64,000 bases of DNA from Octopus vulgaris (GCA_951406725.2 OX597817.1:88908001-88972000), one strand, 5' to 3'. Counted from the first letter of the stretch, positions 40,466-55,107 are shown. The notes: generated from the letters alone by a model not told the origin. A program made the numbers and translations.

Positions 40466-43113
40466 GGATAGATGAGTAGATAGATATATTGATAGATAGA
40501 TGGACAGGTAAATAGGTAGATAGGTAGATAGACAGGTAGATTCATAGATAGGTAGGTAGATTGGTAAATTGATAGCTAGCTAGCTAGCTAGATAGATAGA
40601 TAGGTAAGTAGATAAGTAGATAAATAGGCAGATAATTTGATAGATAAGGAAATAGATAGGTTGGTAGAAAGGTAAATAGATAGACAGGTAGATAAATAGA
40701 TAGATAGACAAACAGGTAATAGATAGGTACATAGACAGATAGGTGATAGTTAGATAGATTATTAGATAGGTAGATAGGTAAGTTAGTAGATAGGTGAGTG
40801 GATAGTTAACTAGCTAGATAAGTAGGTAGCTAGCTAGATAGGTTGATAGATAAACATATAAACATGTAGATAGAAATGTAGGTAAATAGATAATTAGATA
40901 GACAGACAAGTATTTACATAGAAGGATTAGATAGGTGTGTAGATAGATAGACAGGTAGAAAGAAAGGAAGGTAGATAAATATGTAGGAAGGTAGGTAGGT
41001 AGGCAGATAGTTTGGTAGGTAAGTCCGTAGGTAGGCAGAAAGAAAGGAAGAAACAAAGAAATTAACGGTGATAGTGAGAGGCGTGGAATGATGAATTGCA
41101 TGAAAGAAGAAATGAACAATTTGATAAAAAAAAATTGTGTAGGATAAAGAAATTAATGGGTAAATAAATAATGAATGAGAGAATGAGTAAATGAATGACG
41201 AAATGAATAAAGGCTGAAAGAATGAAAAATTGTAGGAAGAAGTTAATTTGAAAAGGTATGAAAGAATGAAAGAATAACTGTATGAATGATATGAAAGCAT
41301 GTAAGGAAAAAAGAATTAATGAGTGAATGAATAATGGATGAAAGAATGAGTAAATGAAAAACGAAATGAATAAAGGCTGAAAGAATGAAAAATTGAAGGA
41401 AGAAATTAATCTGAAAAGGTATGACAGAATGGAAGCATTAGTAAGTAAACGAAAGAACCGAGTAACGAAGGAATGAAATAAATGAATTAATAAAAGAAGG
41501 AAGTAATTTGGGTGAATGAGTGAAAGAATGAAGGATTTGGGTTAAATGAATGAAAAAATGAATAAAGGAATAAACTAAAGAAGTTATAAGTGAATTTAAT
41601 GAGATATTTAAATATAAAAATGAATGAAAGCCAGAATAAATCGTCTGTGCATGTATATATACATATATATGTTCTGTGTGTGTGTGTGTGAGTGTGTGTG
41701 AGTGTGTGTGTGTGTGTGTGCGTGTGCGTGTGTGTGTGTGTATATGTGTGTGTGGTGTACATACATACACACATAAATAAATGCACATGTGTACACTAGC
41801 ATAGAACCCGTCATAAATAGCAAGCTTTATTTCAGTTTCATTTCAGTCATTTTTATGCTTCTCCTTCAAGAGCGGTGCCATTTTCTTCTTGTGTTTCATT
41901 TTGTCTTCTTTCTGCTAGTGTGCTTTTTTTATTTATTTCTTATCTTCACTCACTATCTTTCATTATATTCGCATGAACAACTCGCATACTTCACTATACT
42001 TTCTCTTTCATTTTCCTTAAATTTTCTCCTCATGAAGATCTGCCTGAATCATTTTCATTATAATTTCTCATCGTCTTTTTCACTTACGCACTTCGATATA
42101 CTGTAACATCCTTCTGTCTTTGTCTGTCTTTCCGTCTGTCTGTCTGTCTCTTTCTCTCTCTCTCTCTCTCGCTTTCTTTGTCTTTTTCTATCTATGACTA
42201 TTCATCCAGCCTCTTTATCTCCATTATTTTACATCAACTTTCTAATTTCTTGTAAAGCTCTACCTTCTTCTTCCTACCTCTATTCACTCACCTACCCTAC
42301 CTTATTCTCTCTCAGTTGGTTTCCCACCCCTCATTATAACTCATTGTCTCCTGGCATGGCTGTTTCTCTCACAAATTCTATTCTGCTGGTTATTTCTCTA
42401 CCTTCCGCTCTCTTGTCTACCTAATCCACCTTTCTTTTACCTCACTCAGTACAGTCACTGCTTTCTCTGTTCAAAAGAAACACTTCCGGATTCTGGGAAA
42501 GCCTGCAACTGATAAAAACTCTACGTACTTTCTGGAGAGAAGACGGAAAAGAAATGAAACGATTTGTATATGAAAGAACCTGGAAAAGCTGACTTTAAAG
42601 TTTGTCATTGTGAGATATACCAACTCGCGAACATAAAATTACACCATAGTAACAAGTGCCCCGTCATCGCCACCTAGAATTCACCCAGACAGAGCAACAG
42701 TTTAGAGTTCAAAGACGTACTGCAGAAACAATTTGAGAGATCTACATGGAGGGAATATAAAAATAGAAACCATCAAGATATTCTACTCTCTGATGCCACA
42801 GATGGGCCTGTGAAACGGCACGAAATGCAAGTAAATGTAGTGGTACACAGCGATAGTAATTGTGGGTGGCACAGCATGACCGCTGCTCATGGACTAGAAA
42901 ACGCAAAAAACTAAAAGGACGGAAGAAATATATCTACATGACTATGAGTTGCGTATGTTTATGCATGCAAGCATGTATGTATGTATGTATGTATGTATGT
43001 ATGTATTTTGATTTTGATTTTTCCAGTTTCAGCCCATGAGCTGTGGCCATGCTGGGGCACCGCCACCACATGTATGTATGTATGCATGTATGTATGTATG
43101 TATGTGTGTATAT

Positions 43114-43153
<40 letters not shown>

Positions 43154-43165
43154 GTCAATCAATCA

Positions 43166-43243
<78 letters not shown>

Positions 43244-43784
43244 GTGTGTGTGTATGTGTGTACGTGTGCGTGCGCATGTAAGTATATTTCATAGGCTGTG
43301 TATCCGTATATATGTATATATACATATATTTACGTTCGTGTCACTACACTTTCATATTCGTATGTGTAATGCCAGAATAATTTCTTCACATTTGCCACTA
43401 GTTATTCGCTAAATCATCCATTGATTTGTATGGGGTAGACATATATTCTGCTGGCGTTCTTGTCCGGAAACTGGCGAGTTATGCCGACCGTGGCTTCGGT
43501 TTTAAAGCCGAAACCGTCGATGGTATAGGGACATCGCGACTGCCGCTTTCGGCCGTTTACAGACGCTGTCAGTATGTATGTATACAATTAGGGTTAAGAT
43601 TGACTGCAGTATGTGAGCAATTTACAACTGAGTAGACTGGAACAGCCTAAAATACCTTGTTTTGCTCAAAAACACAACGTCACGCTCGGTCCAGGAATCG
43701 AACTCATAATCTAGCGATCAATAGCCTAACCAATAGGTCAAGCGCCATCACACACATACACACACATACACACACTCACATACA

Positions 43785-43989
43785 CAAAGCTATATCAAAT
43801 ATAATATAAATTCTTGATTTTTTAAAATTATCTCCGCTTCTAGGGGAGCAATTAAGGTCAGTTTCTCTTGGATACGTGTTCCTACCTCGATAGGCGTTGT
43901 TAGCACGAAAATTACCTTAACCTGCTTCAAGCAGACCAGAAAGAGCGGAAGACATTTATATTATAAGTAATTTAGAAAATTTAAACTCA

Positions 43990-44053
<64 letters not shown>

Positions 44054-44084
44054 CACACACGCACATACACATACACACACACAC

Positions 44085-44129
<45 letters not shown>

Positions 44130-44352
44130 AAGCTATATCAAATACAATATAAATTCTTGATTTGTTAAAATTATCTCCGCTTCTAGGGGAGCAATTAAGG
44201 TCAGCTTCTCTTGGACACATGTTCCTACCTCAATAGGCGTCGTTAGCACGACAATTACCTTAACCCACTTCAAGCAGACGAGGGACCAAGACTTAAACAG
44301 AAAGAGCGGAATACATTTATATTATAAGTAATTTAGAAAATTTAAACTCACG
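43785..44352. repeat. tandem duplication of a ~205-225-bp unique segment bounded by (CA)n/(CACG)n
   Basis: 43785-43990 versus 44128-44352, highly similar, with an ~18-bp indel. Confidence 0.92.
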
Positions 44353-44366
44353 CACGCAAGCACACG

Positions 44367-44424
<58 letters not shown>

Positions 44425-44511
44425 TGCACCTATAAATAATAACATCGTTGTTTGCGTTTCGCGTTTCGTTTTCCTTCTCTTTTACTTTTATCCCATTTTT
44501 TCGATGCTGAC

Positions 44512-44563
<52 letters not shown>

Positions 44564-45092
44564 TAGATATATAGGCAGATAGGCAGAGATAGATCGATAG
44601 ATATAGGGATAATATATATATACATATATATATATTCTAGTTTAACATTTAAGTCAGAATTATTTTTAAAAAAATATTTTATTAAATACCTTCGAGATTG
44701 AATAGTAGCGTTTCAAATGCCAATAAGTTAGATTTTAGAAGTGATAATTAATATATTAAATCGATTGAAACAACTTCAAAATGGAAAAGAGTTCCACAGA
44801 AATTACGAAACGAATTGTCAAAATAATTTTAGAAAATGAAGAATGTGACTGAACCTAAATATTGACTGGAAATTGGTGGGTGGGTGGACAAACACAAAGG
44901 CACACACGCACTGACACACGCACGCACGCACGCGCGCACACAACACATACACACATACACGCACACACAACACACACACTTATACATATATATACATACT
45001 TATAGTCACTTTAGTGATATATATATATATACATGCATATATATTCACTTAAGTACTTGACGTATGTATGTGTGTGTGCATATGTATGCATG

Positions 45093-45183
<91 letters not shown>

Positions 45184-45225
45184 TATCCCTATATCTATCG
45201 ATCTATCTATCTGCCTATATATCTA

Positions 45226-45275
<50 letters not shown>
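44512..45275. repeat. inverted duplication of a microsatellite junction
   Basis: gatagatcgatagatatagggataatatata (44588-44620) versus tatattatccctatatctatcgatctatc (45179-45207), with flanking GATA/TATC runs also mirrored. Confidence 0.8.
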
Positions 45276-45277
<2 letters not shown>

Positions 45278-45319
45278 CATCCATCCATCCATCCATCCAT
45301 CCTATCTATCCATCCATCC

Positions 45320-45488
<169 letters not shown>

Positions 45489-45508
45489 TCTATCTATCTA
45501 TCTCTCTA

Positions 45509-45599
<91 letters not shown>

Positions 45600-45739
45600 C
45601 TCTCTATATATATATATGCGAGTGCGTATGTGTACCTATCGCATTTCTACCCACCTTATCTCAATATCTCTGATACTTTTATTCCTCTCTTTCCTATCCA
45701 GTCTCTTTCACATTAATTCTACTTCGCTAATTCAAACAC

Positions 45740-45797
<58 letters not shown>

Positions 45798-46864
45798 ACA
45801 CACATGCACACGCACACACGTACATAAACACATGTATACACACACACACACGCACACACACACATAAACACATGTATACACACACATACATAAACACATA
45901 TACACACACACACACATATATATGCACACGTTCACATGCAAACAGGTACACACATGCATGCGTGCACACGCAAAACATACAATCGCATCTGCACGCATGC
46001 AAGCACTTAAACAGTTTTACATTACACACACGCACTCATCCATAGAGACATACTCCCATGAATGTATAGTATTAATGTGCACGTGGCTAGCGCATGCGCG
46101 TCACGCAAAGCACACGCAGATACAGATGGCCTCATATGAATACATCGTCAACACTTACACAGATGTGAGCACATACACTCACACATACGTACACACATCT
46201 ACATGCCCGAGCATTGATATAAACACGCATAGATGTGTACAAACATATCCATATGCATACATGCAAAGGTTTACTTATCTGCATTGTGATACGTTTACAC
46301 ATATACATGTTCAGTCATAAGGGATTAGAGACAAACGCACATACAAATACACACACTTACAAACACACACCTGTCTGATTTCACAGATAAATGCGCTAAC
46401 ATCCACAAACACATACTCTTACATACACACACACACATACGCATACGTTTTTATAGATATTCATACACGCACGCGTGCGCACACACACATACATACGTGC
46501 ACACACACGCTCACTTACACACACAGATATTTACACAGATATTTACCACCTGTCTGATTCTGTACACATATAAACGTGCTTACATGCTTATAAAAACCTG
46601 CTCTAGTACACATCGACACACTCATTCACATATACATAGACACAGCCACTCATATATAACCTACACACTGTCATATTAACGCACACACACACATGTATAA
46701 CGTACATGCAGAAACATCTGCTTCGATACACATACATAGACCCCCAACCTACAGTTTGTACAGTATCACCCTACCATGGCCCTTTGTTGCTATTTCCTCT
46801 CATCTTTTTGCCACACCGCTTCAGTCTCTCAACTCCAAGAGTTCAAATTAACCGTAGTTCGGTT

Positions 46865-47020
46865 ATCTTACTGCTGTTCTGCTATTGTCATATTTCTGTT
46901 CTGCTGATGTTCTGCTGTTGTCCTACTACTGTTCTACTCTTGTCCTACTGTTGTTCGGCTGTTGTCCTGCTACTGTTCTACTGATGTTCAGCTGTTGTTC
47001 TGCTGCATTTCTACTGATGT
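46865..47020. repeat. degenerate 11-bp minisatellite (consensus ~ctRctgttgtt)
   Basis: ctgctgttgtc ctactactgtt ctactcttgtc ctactgttgtt and similar units. Confidence 0.75.
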
Positions 47021-47089
47021 TTGTTTGCGTCCCCGTGGCTTAGTGGTTCGGCAAAAGAGAGCCGATAAAATATATCCCACACTTTATCT

Positions 47090-47340
47090 GTATCAGTCAT
47101 TTGACTGCGGCCGTGCTGTAGCACCACCTTGAGGAATTTTACTAGTGAACAATTCGACCACAGGACTTATTATTTTAAAGCCTAGTGCTTATTCTCTTTT
47201 GCCAAATCACCAAATTACGGGGACATAAACACACCAAGACTGGTTGTCAAGCGGTGATGGAGGGACAAACACAGACACAAAGACACACACACATAAATAC
47301 ACGACACACATAGACATGCACACACGCACATACATATCAG
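47090..47340 (-). mobile_element. SINE family A 3' half
   Basis: Reverse complement of the family A tail and post-microsatellite body. Confidence 0.75.
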
Positions 47341-47456
47341 TAGTAACTTTATATTTGGGTACACCTCTGCTCTGACGATGTACCACAATTGCTTGTACAG
47401 CATCTCAATCGCGAGCGACCGATGTACGATGGGCCACTCATAGTATATATATATAT

Positions 47457-47491
<35 letters not shown>

Positions 47492-47495
<4 letters not shown>

Positions 47496-47648
47496 CGTGG
47501 TTGCGTAGCAAGAAACTTGCTTCACAACCACACGGTTCTGGGTTCAGTCCCACTGCGTGGCACCTTGGGCGAGTGTCTTCTACTATAGCCTTGGGCTGAC
47601 CAAATCCTTGTGAGTGGATTTGGTTGACAGAAACTGAAAAAGCTTGTC

Positions 47649-47707
<59 letters not shown>

Positions 47708-47900
47708 TGTTTGTGTGCCTGTGTTTGTCCCCGCCATCATCGCTTGACAATTGATGTTGTCTGTTTACGTCCCCGTAACTTAGCGGTTCGGCAAAAGACA
47801 CCGATGAAATAAGTACTAAGCTCACAAAGAATAAGTTCTGGGCTCGATTAGTTGAACTAAAGGCGGCCGCAGTCAAATGACTGAAAGAAGTAAAAGAATA
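47492..47900 (+). mobile_element. SINE family A, near full length
   Basis: Head, internal (TA)n, body and tail all present. Confidence 0.88.
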
Positions 47901-47991
47901 AAAAAAATAATATAATATATATATGTGTGTGAGTGTGTGTGTGTACGTATATATACATATACATACATGCATACATACATACATACATACA

Positions 47992-48027
<36 letters not shown>

Positions 48028-48034
48028 TATATGT

Positions 48035-48081
<47 letters not shown>

Positions 48082-48130
48082 TATGTATGTATATGTGTGG
48101 GTATACGTGTGTATGTGTATGTATGTATAT

Positions 48131-48171
<41 letters not shown>

Positions 48172-48194
48172 GCAAAGAAAAACATTCCCACGTC

Positions 48195-48420
48195 CTTCCC
48201 GAGTCATAAGCTCATGAGGCCGGTTTCCCGGATTCTGTGGACTATATATTGGACAGGACCCCTGTCCGTCGCAGGATTACCCACTTCTTTTTTCCAGTAT
48301 ATTGGACTGAAACAACGTGAAATGGAGAGTCTTGCCATCCCCGGTTCAGGGATGGAAATCACAATCTTACGATCATGAGTGCAAAAACCTAACCATTCCA
48401 TTAAGCCACGCACCTCCACA
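48195..48420 (-). mobile_element. decayed tRNA-type SINE related to family C
   Basis: Minus-strand head tgtggaggtgcgtggctta...tcatgatcgtaagattgtgatttc similar to the head ending at 36677. Confidence 0.55.
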
Positions 48421-48824
48421 CATACACACAAACACATACATACATGCATACATACATACATACATACATACATACATACATACATGCATACATACATACA
48501 TACATACATACATACATACATACATACATACATACATACATACATACATACATACATACATACATGCATGCATACATACATATATACACACACAGATATA
48601 TACATGTGCATACATATATCTATATATTCCACTTTTACAGGAAGAGTGGTTATTGTGACTGCTAGCCTTTAGTGGACCGTGTAATCCTTCACACATCTCT
48701 TCACAGATCACCCTACTGGGATTAATATTCACCTTGTTTTGCTTTTGTAACGCTACTTCTCACCTAACCCACCACAACGTTAGAAACCCACTAGTGCACA
48801 TCGCAACCCCATACCATCCGTCTT

Positions 48825-48883
<59 letters not shown>

Positions 48884-49948
48884 ACACTCACACACTTATA
48901 CACCATCCATCTATCACATGTACCATTAAGCGTCACTCACACCACTTACACAAGAGTACAACTATATATACAGGCACACATGTTCATACAAATCGTTCAA
49001 CACACATATACGCTTAGTTACACGCACATAATGAAACACATTCTCACATCCTATGTTCTTTGACTTGAGAAAACAGACAGGCACTCTCACACATACATGC
49101 TAAACGCTCACACATTATTTCTCTTGATCGAAAGCACTCTCCGGGCTAAGAAAAATCATTCCATTCTATTTACTTCTATCTTTAATGTTATTCATTAACT
49201 ACATGGTTCTTGTTGAAAAATAGTATTTTCTCATATTACTTTTTCTGATTTTTCTTGACAACAGACAATTGTCCGAAACGCCGAAGTCTTCAACATTTTT
49301 TCTTTATAATGTAAAGTTAATTACTTTATATCCCTCTGGTTTCATCCTAAAAGTATAAAATTAATTATCTTGTATTACTGTTATTATTTATTTTGTGCTC
49401 CTAAAACCTTTTAGATATGCATTTGTGACTGAGAGACTATAACTTAGCAAACTATCTTGGCTATCTCCCTTTCTCTCTCTTATCTTATCACCCTCTCTAC
49501 CCTCTCTTTCTACTCATCTCTCTCTGACACTCTCATCTATTTCGTTCGATTGGTGAAAAGTACTGTTCATTATGAAGCCATACGGTTCATAAAAGGGTAA
49601 GATTCGAACAGCAGTAAGTCTTCCTCAGAAGAGGAGGTTCACGCCCACGATGTCGGTAGACAGGTGAACCTGGCACAGTCGATGTTCAGTTCGAGCAACT
49701 GTAATAGAAATTCCCCAAACTGCTATTTCAGAAGACCAGAAGTTTAGAGAAGAGATCGGCTTTGTTGAGACGTTTCTTTCTGTTTCTCGAAAATTCTACG
49801 ATGGTGAACCACATGAGCAACATGAAAAACGAAAACATTCGAAGATGAATCGAACTCGTCATTGTTGGGTTTTCAAGTAGTTTGATATATTCATTATTGG
49901 ACCATTTGAATTCTATTCTGAGATACGAGATGGGAGGAGACAGAGAAT

Positions 49949-50032
<84 letters not shown>

Positions 50033-50624
50033 GAGAGAGAGAGAGAGAAAGAAAGAAAGAGAGAAAGGGAGGGAGAGAGAGAGAGGAGGCGAGAAAGTGA
50101 AATAGATATAGAGAGCGGATGAAAGAGAGGTAGATAAATATACAGATGGATATGGATTGATAGATAAAGGCATGGAAAGGTAGACAGGGAGATCTATAGA
50201 GAGAAATGATTCGATAGAAAAAAAATCCACACACATACACACACACATATAGAGAGAGACGGATAAAAGAGAAAACGATAGGATAGAAGGCGAGAGAGAT
50301 TGAAAGAAGAGTGTATTGTTCAGCATGGGTACATAATGTGTTGAGTGTAGTGTGTAATATGTACAACGTGTAGTATGTGTATCGTGGAGTGTAGCGCATG
50401 TGTAGTGTCTAACATGTGCAATATAATGTGTTGTGCTTAGCGTGTAGTGAGCACTTTGCAGTATGTAATTTGTAGAAAATATTCTGTAGTATGTCGTGTG
50501 CACTGTGTAGCGTGTAGCGTGCAGTATGCAGTGTGTAAAGCTTGGCATGCAGTGTGTAGAGTGTAGGTGTAGTGTGTAGTGAAGGAGGTAGTGCCAGCCT
50601 TTATTTTTTTTATGATTAAGAATC

Positions 50625-50833
50625 TTTTATCTTGTTTCAGTCATTAGACTACGGCCATGCTGGGGTATTGCCTTGAGGAATATTTTTTTAGTTAAACTAA
50701 TCTATCCCCAGTAGTTATTTTCTTTTAAATCCTGGTATTTATTTTACCAGTCTCTTTTTGGAGAATCGTTAAGATTTGAGGACATAAACACACCAACACC
50801 GGTTGTCAAGTGGTGGTGGGGGACAAACACTGA

Positions 50834-50914
<81 letters not shown>

Positions 50915-51075
50915 GAGGGTCTTCTTTCAGATTCCGTCTACCAAATTCACTCGCAAGGTTTTGGTCGTCTCGAGGCTATAACAGAAGACACTTGCCCAAA
51001 GTGCCACGCAGTGGGAGTGAACTCAGAACCATGTGGTTGGGAAGTAAACATTTTACCACACAGCCACGCCTGCGA
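50625..51075 (-). mobile_element. SINE family A, full length
   Basis: Reverse complement of head, internal (TG)n and tail. Confidence 0.85.
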
Positions 51076-51728
51076 ATAAATACGTAATATGGTACTTTCG
51101 TTCCATTTTGAAGACGATCGAGTATGATTTGAAGGATATCTAGCTGCTATTTTTCGAAGGTCGATGACTATATATAGACTCTCTTTGACGTCATCGTTCA
51201 TCTTGTTATTGCTGTTTGGCCAAAGGCCAGCCCTGGTCGTGAAGACCAATAAACAGAGGTCATCCAATCATGACTATCACATTTAGTAGTATGGTCGTAG
51301 TGGTTTGGACAGCATAACCTAATATTGTTCTTTCCACTACTTTAAAAACGACGGGGAATGAATACAACGAAATCTGACTGTTACTTCTAATGACTCCTCT
51401 GTCCGGTTAGGAGTTCCCCCGCTGGCTGTAGTGCAGTTGCAGTATAGTGTTACATATTATTTTCTAAGCTGCATACGAGATATGCTATGTGCTCCGCCAG
51501 GCATGACAACTGCAGTTGACTGTCTACAAATGTTCCTGCAATATAATTTCATACTCTCACCCGCTTCCGTGCAGTGAATACAGCAAGCGCTGCACTCACG
51601 TGTGCAGACGTCTTTGCTGCAGCCCAGTGCAGCTGTACTCAACTGTACTGACGTGCAACGAAAGGGAATACATTGCACAAGTGCATTTTACTATTGTGTA
51701 CAATATATTCGCTCATCCGTGTCTCTCG

Positions 51729-51773
<45 letters not shown>

Positions 51774-51826
51774 ACGTATGCATGTACGTATGTATGTATG
51801 TATGTGTGTGTATGTACGTATATTTA

Positions 51827-51878
<52 letters not shown>

Positions 51879-51964
51879 TATATGTATGTATGTATATATG
51901 TATATATACAGGTATATATTCTATATATGTACATATATGTATGTATTTGTATATATATATATAC

Positions 51965-52022
<58 letters not shown>

Positions 52023-52411
52023 TTATATTTAGAGAGAGAAAGAGATGGATAGATATATAGATATATAGATATGTGTAGGTGTTTGTACATTTGTGTATGT
52101 ACATATGTACATAACTGTATGTGTGTTGTATCTGTGTGAATGTCTGTGTACGTGTGTTTATGAAAATGCAGCTCTCTGTGTGTGCGTATGTGTGTGTGTG
52201 TGTGTACGTGTGCTCTCGCGCGCGCACGTATATCTATATCAATACCTGTGTATGTATTTGTAAATTTACTTTCTGAATCTTTACAGAGACATACATATGT
52301 ACGTACATACATACATACATACATACATACATACATACATACATACATACATAAATACATACACGCGTCCGTCCATCCATCCATTCATCTATCTATCTAT
52401 CTATCTATCTG

Positions 52412-52494
<83 letters not shown>

Positions 52495-53309
52495 CTGTCT
52501 GTCTCACTTTTTCTATCTATCTACCTACCTACCTACCTACCTACCTACCTACCTACCTACCTACCTACCTACCTACCTACCTACCTACCTACCTACATAC
52601 ATACATACACACACACATACATACCTACAGGCATGCATGTATATACGTATATATATTTACACAACGTACATACATGTATATATTTTTTTGTGCGCATGCG
52701 TAAGTATATATATGCAAATGTTTGTGCCCTTCGTTTATCTCTACTGTGTAATGCAAACATGCTTCCGTAATGCAAGTATATACACCTGTTTAAGTGTTCA
52801 ACATTTTATTATCAACACTTATACTCACATATATACGTACTCAGATATTCATCTACTGTCTCTCACTCCACTTCATATTATACGTATACATAATACATAT
52901 ACACGTATATACACACAGACTAAAGTAGGCTTCACCTACACACACTCGTATATGAATTCGCATACATATATAGATATAATTATATATAAATATATATGCA
53001 TGCAAAAAAGAAAATTCTGGGGTCGATATATTCGACTAAAATTTTTTTAAGGCGGTGCCCGAGCATGACTGCAGTCTAATGACATAAGTGAAAAAGTAAA
53101 AAATTAAGCATTTATTTATACACACTAGATGGTATAGCGTTTTCAATAACTCATGCGCTCATTTTTCTCTTTTAATAAAACTTTATCTTTCAGATTCAAG
53201 ATATACTGAGACAATGATGTAGTTATCTTGTTTTCCGGGTCACGAAAGGGGGGAATAAATATTGGATTATCGGTTTTTAAGGGAATTTCTAATAAGATCG
53301 ATATCGTTT

Positions 53310-53844
53310 CTGTCCCTATCATCAGACGATAATACCTTACCTTGACATACCAATTCTTTCATTAGGCACACACTATATGTATCAAGGAACCACTCATTCG
53401 GGAGACAAAGCGGGGATATTATAGTTAGAGATGGAATGTTTAACCGGCTTGCGGTCCGGGAAACTTTGATATGGAAGTGACAAAGTCGTAATATAATTTT
53501 CTGTGGAGCTGTAGCCCACTATTACTGTGTTTCATTGGTTTTTCTTTTGTTAAAAAGATGGTTTGCAGAATACTTTGCTAAAAACTTCCAATGAATTTCA
53601 GCACCTGACACACCTTCCGACCAGAGAGATCGGATCACTGCTCTCTGTTCTTCTTTGGTGCACATTGCTAGTAGAACGGCCATGCTTACACTGTAAAACC
53701 AGAAAGAAAAATGCTGCGATCAGACTCAAACTTCGATCACGAGACCACAATAGTACCAACTATAAGCACGCATGCACAGAAAGCAGTATGACAATACTAA
53801 AGTTATGTTATGGTGAAAGTGCGGATAATTTTTGACTTTCCCTC

Positions 53845-53846
<2 letters not shown>
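53310..53846 (-). mobile_element. internally deleted mariner element
   Basis: TA then cgagggaaagtcaaaaattatccgc terminus; ATG at 53683 gives MAVLLAMCTKEEQRAVIRSLWSEGVSGAEIH. Second TIR not located. Confidence 0.7.
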
Positions 53847-53884
<38 letters not shown>

Positions 53885-53954
53885 TTTTATTCTTTTACTT
53901 GTTTCAGTCATTTGACTGGGGCCATTCTGGAGCACCGCTTTTAAAAAGTGTGAG

Positions 53955-54072
53955 AAGCTTACAGCATCTAGGTTTTCCAAGCGGTCCCCCATCTAAGTGC
54001 TCACTAGGCTCGACATTGCTTGAATTCCGTGATCGGATGAGAACCGGCGCATTCAACGTGATATGGCCGTAA
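53955..54072 (-). pseudogene. 5S rRNA pseudogene, near full length, diverged
   Basis: Minus strand ttacggccatatcacgttgaatgcgccggttctcatccgatcacggaattcaagcaatgtcgagcctagtgagcacttagatgggggaccgcttggaaaacctagatgctgtaagctt is collinear with animal 5S rRNA. Confidence 0.92.
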
Positions 54073-54111
54073 TATATGCATAAAAACCAAGGTTTTTTTT
54101 ACTATCTTTTT

Positions 54112-54338
54112 TTATCTTTTATCTTATTGTTTCTCTCACTAAACTGCGGTCATGCTGGGGCACCGCCTTGATGCATTTTATTCGAATGAATCGACCTCAC
54201 TACTTATTTCTTTAAAAGCAATCAGTACTTAATTTATCGGTCCCTTTTGCCGAACCTTTATGTTACGGGGACATAAATACACCAACATCGATTGTCAAGC
54301 GCTAGTGAGGGACTAATAAAAAAACACACACACACACG

Positions 54339-54393
<55 letters not shown>

Positions 54394-54556
54394 GACGGGT
54401 TTCTTTCAGTTTCCGTCTACCAAATTCGCTCAGAAGGTCTTGGTCGGCCCTAGACTACAGTAGAAGGTGCTTGCCCATGGTGTCAAACAATGGGACTGAA
54501 TCTGGAACCATGTGGTTGGGAAGAAAGCTTCCTACCACACAGCCGCTCCTGCACCT
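54112..54556 (-). mobile_element. SINE family A, full length
   Basis: Reverse complement of head, internal (TG)n and tail. Confidence 0.85.
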
Positions 54557-55107
54557 ATATGTTACAAAAATATTAAAAATAGAAGGGGGATTAAAACAAA
54601 TAATTTCCCTTTAATATTCATCAGTGTGCGTGTTGTTTACGCCATGCACATATTAAATTTTATCTTCAAAGCCACAATTTAACACACAAAGTATTGTTAT
54701 AATAGGAAAGACATGGTTAAAAGACTCTATGTTGAAATAGATATTGGAAAAACATATATATATACACATGCAATTATGTTCCCGTCTACATGCGTGCACG
54801 CACAGTCACTCATACACACGTTCATTTAAATGTACAATTGTCAGATATAGGTATATGCATAATGACGTACACACCTACATACATATATGTACATACCATC
54901 ACATATATACACACTGTTCCTATCTTTTAATTGAGTGTTTATACATGCGATTTTAATGTAGATCCTATGCAATTCTATATTGTGTGTGTGTGCGCGTATG
55001 TATGTGTGCATATGTGTGTAAGACATATGTGTCGGTGTGTGTATATCTGTCTGTCTATCTGTCTGTCTGTTTGTCTGTCTGTCTATCTATCTATCTATCT
55101 GAATACA

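Noticed and set aside
41180-41435. ~90-bp direct repeat within GAAT-rich sequence
   Set aside because: Ordinary local duplication in low-complexity DNA.
42440-42830. Complex sequence with a CTGATG...GAAA motif
   Set aside because: No recognisable peptide, and the hammerhead core is incomplete.
50330-50580. Degenerate 7-bp (tgtagtg) minisatellite
   Set aside because: Common simple repeat with no further structure.
53955-54072. Functional 5S rRNA gene
   Set aside because: Solitary, with many substitutions including in the internal promoter region and a damaged 5' end; treated as a pseudogene.
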